Source: Nitrospinota bacterium (lineage in GTDB: Bacteria > UBA8248). Taken from it: DNA of 11,182 nucleotides. The position numbers and the translations under genes are program-made. Shown here piece after piece: positions 1-7,621 of the stretch (the stretch's first letter is position 1; the number at the start of each line of letters is the position of its first letter). The DNA lies in assembly GCA_046581755.1 (NCBI GenBank), contig JAYGFR010000277.1, positions 1 through 11,182 on the forward strand. The letters run 5' to 3'. Under the pieces are notes generated by a model. The model did not search any database, was not told the DNA's origin, and was given only the letters and a program-made list of their open reading frames with translations.

Positions 1-143
1 CAAAAGAATATCACTTACTTAAAACGTTACGTTCACTCTACCACAAGACCCGAGACCCTACAGAGATACGCAAATCATGGCGTCTCGGCCACGGTCGAAA
101 GGATCGTTCAGCGAAAAAGAGTAATTTGTCGGGATTCGGCCAC

Positions 144-182
144 GGGTTCAGGGTTCAGGGTTCAACGGGTTCAGGGTTCAAC
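144..182. repeat. Heptamer tandem array (GGGTTCA)x5 containing a perfect 16-bp tandem duplication
   Basis: GGGTTCA at 144, 151, 158, 167 and 174. GGGTTCAGGGTTCAAC is repeated exactly at 151-166 and 167-182. Confidence 0.95.
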
Positions 183-234
183 GGGGAGGCCGCGGGTGCC
201 CCGCGCGGCGGGGCCGGACCGGATGCGAATCAGG

Positions 235-483
235 CTATGCGGCGTTGCCCATGGCAAGTTCGTGCATCGATAGATGGCAGGGGTAGTAGATCACTTCGCC
301 CTTGGGGTCTTCGAGCACCACGGTGCAGGAGCCGTATTCCTTGAGCATCCTCAAAAAAGTATCGAGTTCCCACGGATCGCGTCGCCGAACAGCGATGCTC
401 CATGCGAGACGCTCGGAGAGGTCCGCGATGGGTTCGTCCACTTTCCAGGTAATGCTCGGATGTTCTTCGGAGTAAAAGTCCAC
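235..483 (-). CDS. Small hypothetical protein (82 aa)
   Basis: GTG start preceded by GGGAGG about 8 nt upstream. Composition looks like a real globular, acidic protein, unlike the Arg/Pro/Gly-rich shadow ORFs. No family recognised. Confidence 0.7.
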   Translation of the reverse strand: MDFYSEEHPSITWKVDEPIADLSERLAWSIAVRRRDPWELDTFLRMLKEYGSCTVVLEDPKGEVIYYPCHLSMHELAMGNAA

Positions 484-579
484 GGCGAATCCCTCCCAGG
501 GCTCTTATGGATATTGAGGAACCGGCGGAGAATGAAAGCGGCTGCGCTCGTCACCCTCCCTTCGATCCTTCATTGGTTA

Positions 580-606
580 TTATCGGCCGCCGGGGCAGAT
601 TCATAA
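580..606 (-). promoter_or_regulatory. Candidate sigma28 (FliA-type) promoter for the 82-aa gene
   Basis: Minus strand reads TTATG-N14-GCCGATAA: a perfect match to the sigma28 -10 element (GCCGATAA) and a 3/5 match to the TAAAG -35 at the expected spacing, about 95 nt upstream of the start codon. Confidence 0.45.
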
Positions 607-659
607 GGGGAATTATCATAATTACAGCAATATCCTCCCCGCCGGCCGGCGGTTCGCCG

Positions 660-1652
660 CTACCCGCCGACCGGCGGGGCCAGGCAGGCGCGAAGGGAGG
701 CCGCAAGCCCCCTCATCAGGGAAAAGTACAATTCCGGGCCCGGCTCGAAATCCGCGCCGAGCGGATCGAGCACCCCCGCCCTCGCACCAGTTCCCTCCAT
801 CATCGTTTCGAGCAGGGAGGGCTTGAACTGCGGCTCGGCGAACACGCAGACCGCCCCGAGCGCGCGGATTCTCCTCCGCAATTCAGTGAGCCGCCTGGCC
901 CCCGGCTTCCGGCCCGATGCGGCGGCGAGCGCCCCCGCAGGGCGAAGCCCAAACCGCTCCTCGAAATATCGGTAGGCGTCGTGGAAAACGACATACGGGG
1001 AGCGCCGCGCGGGCGCCAGGGTCGCCCGGATTTCCGCCTCGAGCGCTTCGAGCCTCCGGGTCAATCTTTTCGCGTTGGCTATGTAGAGCGCCCGCCCCGC
1101 CCGATCCGCCCGGCTCAGTTCTACGGCCATGGCGTGAACGATAACGCGGGCATTCCGGGGATCGAGCCAGATGTGCATGTCCGGCCCTCCCGGCCGGGGC
1201 CAAGATGGCTTTCCGCGAATTCGCCCCTCGGCCCGGGTGCGGCCCGGAAGGGCGCGGCGCGCAAGGGTGCGGCCCGCCCAATCGCCGGCGGGCCGGGCGG
1301 GATAGAGAGACAGCCCCGGGGTTTTCGAGAGGGTAACGATCCGCCCTTTTCGGGCAAGAATGGCCAGTGGCCGTATGAGAAAATCCTCGGCCCCCTCTCC
1401 CGCCCAAAATACGAGGCGGGCCTCCTGAAGCGCCCGCGCGCTCGATGGCCTGAGCGAGAAGACATGGGGGGACGCCCCCCCCCGGACAAGGAGAACCGGG
1501 GAGCCCGCGCCCTCCATGACCCCGGCGGCGAGGGAGTGGATGGGCGGGATGCTTGCGACGACCCGGAGAATTTCGGAATCGGCCCCGCCCGGCGGGACCC
1601 CGATCAGCCAAAGAGCGCTGAAAACCGCCAAAATGAAGACATGCCGGGTCAT
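660..1652 (-). CDS. znuA: Zinc ABC transporter substrate-binding protein ZnuA (cluster A-I), 330 aa
   Basis: Motifs VVASIPPIHSL, GASPH, DMHIWLDP, VFHDAYRYFE, CVFAEPQF and LDPLG, including the three metal-binding His. N-terminal signal peptide. Start moved from 1727 to the ATG at 1652, which has AAAGGA 6 nt upstream. Divergent from zur-znuCB. Confidence 0.93.
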   Translation of the reverse strand: MTRHVFILAVFSALWLIGVPPGGADSEILRVVASIPPIHSLAAGVMEGAGSPVLLVRGGASPHVFSLRPSSARALQEARLVFWAGEGAEDFLIRPLAILARKGRIVTLSKTPGLSLYPARPAGDWAGRTLARRALPGRTRAEGRIRGKPSWPRPGGPDMHIWLDPRNARVIVHAMAVELSRADRAGRALYIANAKRLTRRLEALEAEIRATLAPARRSPYVVFHDAYRYFEERFGLRPAGALAAASGRKPGARRLTELRRRIRALGAVCVFAEPQFKPSLLETMMEGTGARAGVLDPLGADFEPGPELYFSLMRGLAASLRACLAPPVGG

Positions 1653-1670
1653 TTGGTGTCCTTTCGGGAT

Positions 1671-1707
1671 AATTCCAAGGGATATGGGAAAATTCCAAGG
1701 GATATGG
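1671..1707. repeat. Perfect 17-bp direct repeat with 20-bp period
   Basis: AATTCCAAGGGATATGG at 1671-1687 and 1691-1707, in the znuA-zur intergenic region. Confidence 0.95.
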
Positions 1708-1714
1708 AGCGCGA

Positions 1715-1743
1715 TTGACCCCCGCATTTATATGTTATAACAT
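1715..1743 (+). promoter_or_regulatory. Candidate sigma70 promoter for zur-znuCB
   Basis: TTGACC (1715-1720), 17-nt spacer, TAACAT (1738-1743). The -10 lies inside the Zur box. Confidence 0.55.
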
Positions 1744-1751
1744 AACGTTTT
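1729..1751. promoter_or_regulatory. Zur box
   Basis: TATATGTTATA-A-CATAACGTTTT resembles the proteobacterial Zur palindrome GAAATGTTATA-N-TATAACATTTC. It is an AT-rich island between divergent znuA and zur. Confidence 0.88.
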
Positions 1752-1794
1752 CGGACTCTCAACCCTCTGGGTTCTCAAATCTCTGGAGGAACAC

Positions 1795-2294
1795 ATGATG
1801 GCGGCACCGGGCCGGGCGGAGGCATTTCCCTCGCGCGATCACGACCACGGGCACTGCATCGCCGATGCGCTTCTGCGGGCCGAGGAGATATGCGCCCGAA
1901 AAGGAGCGCGTCTGACCCGAATCCGCCGGAGCGTGCTGGCCTTCGTCTGGGAGAGCCACGCCCCCGTCGGGGCATACGGCATTCTCGAGCGGTTGAACGC
2001 CGAGGGCGGACGCAGCGCGCCGATCACGGTCTACCGGGCGCTGGACTTTCTGATGTCCTGCGGCCTCGTTCACCGCCTCGCCAGCCTGAACGCCTACACG
2101 GGCTGCGGCGTTCCGGGCCAGCCCCACGGCGCGCATTTTCTCATTTGCACCGATTGCGGCGCCGCGGCCGAACTCCACGACCCGGAAATCGACAGGGCCA
2201 TCCTGCGGGGAGCCGAGGAGGCCGGATTTTCCGTCAAGGCCCCCGTCGTCGAAGTCCAGGGCCAATGCCCCGGATGCCGCGAGGGGGCCGCCGG

Positions 2295-2298
<4 letters not shown>
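1795..2298 (+). CDS. zur: Zinc uptake regulator Zur (Fur family)
   Basis: HDHGHC N-terminus, RLTxxRRxVL, TVYRALDFL, HFLICxxC and a C-terminal CxxC. GGAGG RBS at 1785-1789 (start is 1795 or 1798). Located in a znu locus. Confidence 0.93.
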
Positions 2299-3136
<838 letters not shown>

Positions 3137-3140
<4 letters not shown>

Positions 3141-3946
3141 TTTTAGAGGATTTCTTCTGGCGCGCCCTGATCGGAGGCGTTGGCGTCGCCCTCGTGAGCG
3201 GCCCCCTGGGCTGTTTCATCGTCTGGCGGCGGATGGCCTACTTCGGCGACGCGGTGGCCCACAGCGCCCTGCTGGGGGTGGCGCTCGGATTTTTGCTGGG
3301 AATCGATCTGCGCCTCGGGGCGCTCGCCGCCTGCGTCGGGCTGGCGCTCTTTCTCGTGCTGCTACAGGGACAAAAGCGCCTCTCCCCGGACACCCTGCTC
3401 GGGATCCTGGCGCATACGGCACTCTCGCTGGGACTCGTTGCGATCGGCTTCCTGGATACGCTGCGGGTGGACCTGCTCGGCTATCTCCTGGGGGACATTC
3501 TCTCGGTCACCCTCTCGGACATTGCCTGGATTTACGGGGGCGGCATCATCGCGCTGGGTGTGTTGGCCCTGATCTGGCGGCCCCTCCTGGCCCTCACCGT
3601 CCACGAGGAGCTGGCCCGGGCCGAGGGCGTTTCCGTGCGGGCGGTCCGCATCGCTTTCATGCTCCTGATCGCCTTCGTGATCGCCACCGCCATGAAAATC
3701 ATCGGCATCCTCTTGATCTCCTCCCTCCTCATCATCCCAGCGGCGGCGGCGCGGCGCTTCGCGAGAACGCCCGAGCAAATGGCCGTTTTCGCCGCCCTGG
3801 CCGGGGCGCTCGCCGTGCTCGGCGGGCTCATGGCCTCGCTCCGGTGGGACACCCCCTCCGGGCCCAGCGTCGTGGTGGCCGCGGCGGCCCTGTTTGCCCT
3901 CAGCGCCGCCCGGGGCGTGGCCGCAGGCGATGAGCGCCATCCATAG
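3137..3946 (+). CDS. znuB: Zinc ABC transporter permease ZnuB, 269 aa
   Basis: GPLGCFIVWRRMAYFGDAVAHSALLG, LLGDIL, ELARAEG, IIPAAAAR and DTPSGPSVV motifs; hydrophobic. The ATG overlaps the znuC stop (ATGA). Confidence 0.95.
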
Positions 3947-3982
3947 GGGAAATTCGGCCCTCGGGTGGTGTAGTATCGGATG

Positions 3983-5145
<1,163 letters not shown>

Positions 5146-5168
5146 GCCGGGCTGCCACGAAACCACCC

Positions 5169-5195
5169 GCCTCCCCTCTCAATATTCGGGGGGGC
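5169..5195. terminator. Weak hairpin between convergent genes
   Basis: GCCTCCCC pairs with GGGGGGGC (8 bp, one G-U) around an 11-nt loop. There is no good U tract. Confidence 0.25.
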
Positions 5196-5198
5196 CTT

Positions 5199-6286
5199 CT
5201 ACTCTTTCACGGTCAGCGAATAGCGCCCCTCGGCCATCCGGCATTCGGCCTCGGGCAGCCCGAGCTCCTTGCGGACGATGTTCGTGCCCTGGACGATCGA
5301 GGCGATTTTGTAGCGCGCGTGGCGGCGGCTCATGCCCTCGCGGCCCATCCCGCAATCGGAGGTAATGACAAGCCGCTCGGCCGGGATGTGCTTGAGCGCC
5401 CCGCGAATGTGATCGACATCATCGGCGCGCCCGGAGCTGCACGATTCGAACGTGATGACGTCGCAGTTCACTTTGTTGAAGTACTCAATCGAGGGGACGT
5501 TTTTGCACCTCGTCGAACATCCGTTGCTGGGAGGGGTTGCCCCAGCAGGTGTGGCACCACACCTCGCACTTCTCGCCCAGGCCTTTCACGGTGTTGTTGA
5601 AGACGTCCACCAGGAAATTGGGCGTGACCGGCCCGTCCGTGGCGCCGCGCGCCGCGAGCATGTGAATCTGCGGCTCCTCCATCTGGATGACGGGGCAGCC
5701 GGCCTCGGCGAGCTCGGTCAGCTCCTCGGTGAGGGCGTCGCTGAAGGCCATGATCCGCTCGCGCACGTCCTTGTAGTGGTCGTCCCGCACCGCCATGGCC
5801 AGAATCTCGGCGGTGATGGTTCCGAACTTGACGGGCTTAGCGGTCAGGCGCTGGGCCACCTTCCACATAGCGGTGTACTGAAGCGTCCCGCGCCCGACGG
5901 GGCCAATGAGCCGGGGAACGATCCGCGCCTCAATGTAATCGTGGAGAATGTGGCCCGAGGGGGAACCGGGGACCGGTGCTGTGCGGCCGCGGGTTCGGCT
6001 TCTCCTGCTCGAAGCCGTCAAAGTGAAAAATTGGATAGGTGGTCCAGCTCTGCCTGCCGACCTCCTCGTCGTAGTGGGAGTCCCCGTCGGTGACGATGTC
6101 CAGTCCCGCGCACTCCTGATCGCGCAGGTAGACTGAGACGGCGTCCACGTACTGCTCCCGGTACCGGGAATTCGTCATGGCGGACAGAAACGAGTCCCTG
6201 CCCAGGTTTTCGGTGTACCAGGCGGGCCGCGGCAAGGACCCGATCATGGAGGTGGGAAGCACGATATCAGCGGTGGCGGTAAGCAT
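5199..6286 (-). pseudogene. Cobalamin-independent methionine synthase catalytic-domain family (MetE C-terminal / core Met synthase-like), disrupted
   Basis: Three consecutive ORFs join into one protein: LPTSMIGSLPRP, Q..AGLDIVTDGD, GCPVIQMEEP, WCHTCWG (HxC Zn ligands), DVITFE and SDCG. Frameshifts lie at the G5 run 5959-5963 and the T5 run 5500-5504, with an apparent in-frame deletion near 5430. GAGGGG RBS upstream of the ATG at 6286. Confidence 0.88.
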
Positions 6287-6306
6287 GGCGATCCCCTCGA
6301 TGATGG

Positions 6307-6352
6307 TTTCCGGAGGATTTCAACCGGCATGTCCGGTGGAATTCCCCGGAAA
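6307..6352 (-). other. Long imperfect stem-loop in the leader of the MetE-like gene
   Basis: Minus strand UUUCCGG-GGAAUUC-C-ACCGG-ACAUG-CCGGU-U-GAAAUCC-U-CCGGAAA gives 18 base pairs with one bulge and two mismatches. Confidence 0.6.
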
Positions 6353-6423
6353 GGAAATAAGAAGCGCGGTCGGGGCCCCCCAGAAAGCGCCCGAATTCTC
6401 TTGCGCATTTCTTCCGCGCGCGC

Positions 6424-6447
6424 CCGGACTCTCCTGTGAGAGCCCGG
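6424..6447 (-). terminator. 10-bp hairpin just downstream of the alpha/beta hydrolase stop
   Basis: Minus strand CCGGGCTCTC-ACAG-GAGAGTCCGG (one G-U pair). No U tract, so it may be a stabilising hairpin rather than an intrinsic terminator. Confidence 0.4.
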
Positions 6448-6459
6448 ATCGGGCGCAGC

Positions 6460-7254
6460 CTAGTTTTTATCGACGAAATTCTTGATGTCGGCCATGGACT
6501 CTTCATAGAACTGGATCATGAAAAAGTGGCTCGCGCCCTCGTAGATCTTGAGCTCCGCCCCCGGAACGCGGTCGGCGATCTCCCGGGCGGCCCCGACGGA
6601 GCACAGCACGTCCTCCCCCCCGGCGAGCACCAGGGTCGGGCATTTGACCCGGTCCAGGCGGTCCAGGGCGTCGTGGGTGAGGCAGGCATGGGTGGAGTGG
6701 ACGTAGCCGTGCACCGGCCGGTCGGTGTTCCCCAGCATCTCCTCGAAGGCGTTGAGCTGGGCCTCGTTTTCATTGAAATACTGGGGCGGAAAGAAGAAGA
6801 GGGACTGGTGCTTGGCGGCGGCCGCATAGCCCTGGGCCTTGACCACCTCGTTGAGGTTGAAAAGGATCTGGTGGCCGTAGCGGTCGAGCTTGCCGAACGA
6901 GGCGGTGATGAGCAGGCTCCGCACCTGGTCCGGGAAATCGATCGCCATCTCCTGGGCGATGGCGCCCCCCATCGAGCGGCCGACGATGTGGGCCGGCTCG
7001 GAGATATTCAGGGCGTCCATGAGGCCGATGGTGTCCTCGGCGAATTGGCGCGTGGTGTAGGGATAATCGGGGGACGAGCTTCGGCCCGCTCCCCGGTTGT
7101 CGAAAGCGACAACCTTGTAGTCCTTTTCCAGAACCTTAATCTGCGGCTGCCAGGCGCCGCAGTCGCCGGCCAGCCCGTGAATGAGCACAACGGGCACGCC
7201 CGCCCCGTATTCCTCGTAGTAGAGTTCGACATCGCCAACCGTTTTCTTTGCCAC
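6460..7254 (-). CDS. Alpha/beta fold hydrolase (PcaD enol-lactonase-like), 264 aa
   Basis: LIHG oxyanion motif, FDNRGAGRS, nucleophile elbow GRSMGG, PTLVLAGGED (acid) and GASH (His). GTG start with a G-rich RBS. Substrate cannot be assigned. Confidence 0.93.
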   Translation of the reverse strand: MAKKTVGDVELYYEEYGAGVPVVLIHGLAGDCGAWQPQIKVLEKDYKVVAFDNRGAGRSSSPDYPYTTRQFAEDTIGLMDALNISEPAHIVGRSMGGAIAQEMAIDFPDQVRSLLITASFGKLDRYGHQILFNLNEVVKAQGYAAAAKHQSLFFFPPQYFNENEAQLNAFEEMLGNTDRPVHGYVHSTHACLTHDALDRLDRVKCPTLVLAGGEDVLCSVGAAREIADRVPGAELKIYEGASHFFMIQFYEESMADIKNFVDKN

Positions 7255-7305
7255 CGCTCTCCCCCCCGCAAATAGAAAGTTCCGGTATCCACTTCTTCGA
7301 TCCGG

Positions 7306-7474
7306 CTACCTCTTCGATTCGGCGCCCTCGGCCACCGTCTCCATGAACTCTTCGTTGTTCAGCACCACCCCGAGGCAGCGCAAGGAGGCGACCGCCGGCT
7401 CCCCGGGGTCGAGGCGCATCAGCCGCTTGGGCTGGCCGGTCAATCCGGCGATCGAGAGTCTCCCCCTGGGCCAT
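7306..7474 (-). pseudogene. Probable small gene (~55 aa) with a +1 frameshift
   Basis: The ATG at 7474 has an AAGGGGG RBS and reads MAQGETLDRRIDRPA. Removing one base at the GGG run 7429-7431 joins it to KRLMRLDP...VVLNNEEFMETVAEGAESKR*, whose codons mostly end in G/C. Alternative: an intact 61-aa ORF from 7491 that lacks an RBS. Confidence 0.4.
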
Positions 7475-7495
7475 GGCCACCCCCTTTTCATGAAT

Positions 7496-7525
7496 TTGAC
7501 AGGACCCGGTAAACTATCATATCGT
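7496..7525 (+). promoter_or_regulatory. Candidate sigma70 promoter for the ABC importer operon
   Basis: Perfect TTGACA (7496-7501), 18-nt spacer, TATCGT (7520-7525). Confidence 0.6.
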
Positions 7526-7545
7526 TAGAAGAATTCAACGATATG
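7518..7545. promoter_or_regulatory. Perfect 9-10-9 inverted repeat, candidate operator
   Basis: CATATCGTT-AGAAGAATTC-AACGATATG, overlapping the predicted -10 in a divergent intergenic region. Confidence 0.6.
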
Positions 7546-7621
7546 CGTCTGCTTTTTTTGGCCTACCCGCGGAGACAGGTTTGCATCCGCCCACAAGGCC
7601 ATCACCCAGGGGGATGTGTCC

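Noticed and set aside
21..43. AAAACGTTACG matches one half of the Zur box (10/11) and overlaps a small AACGT-T-ACGTT palindrome
   Set aside because: The second half-site is missing and the regulated gene would lie outside the window, so it cannot be supported.
1..344. Open + strand frames at the window start, including ORF 126..344
   Set aside because: No recognisable motif or RBS. They run through the heptamer repeat and overlap the better-supported minus-strand gene.
351..554. 67-aa minus-strand ORF with GGGAGG nearby
   Set aside because: The SD-like sequence abuts the GTG with no spacer, and the ORF overlaps the 82-aa gene out of frame.
507..1718. 403-aa + strand ORF and other ORFs overlapping znuA
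   Set aside because: Arg/Pro/Gly-rich antisense or alternative-frame shadows, expected at high GC.
1890..2294. Apparent N-terminal extension of ZnuC (likewise 2825-3136 for ZnuB and 10018-10170 for the second permease)
   Set aside because: These are out-of-frame overlaps with the upstream genes. The real starts are the coupled GTGA, ATGA and TAATG junctions.
5485..5963. Selenocysteine read-through or programmed frameshifting in the MetE-like gene (both fragments end in TGA)
   Set aside because: The continuation is in a different frame, so read-through cannot repair it. Two independent shifts plus a structural deletion fit decay better, and I see no canonical slippery heptamer.
6287..6459. 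Cobalamin or SAM riboswitch upstream of the MetE-like gene
   Set aside because: Only fragments resemble a cobalamin element (GGGAA, CCGGTTGAAATCC). The GCCACTG and B12-box segments and SAM core motifs are not visible.
7521..7542. ModE box (ATCGTT...AACGAT)
   Set aside because: The half-sites are 10 nt apart and lack the TATATA arms of the ModE consensus, and no molybdate genes are present.
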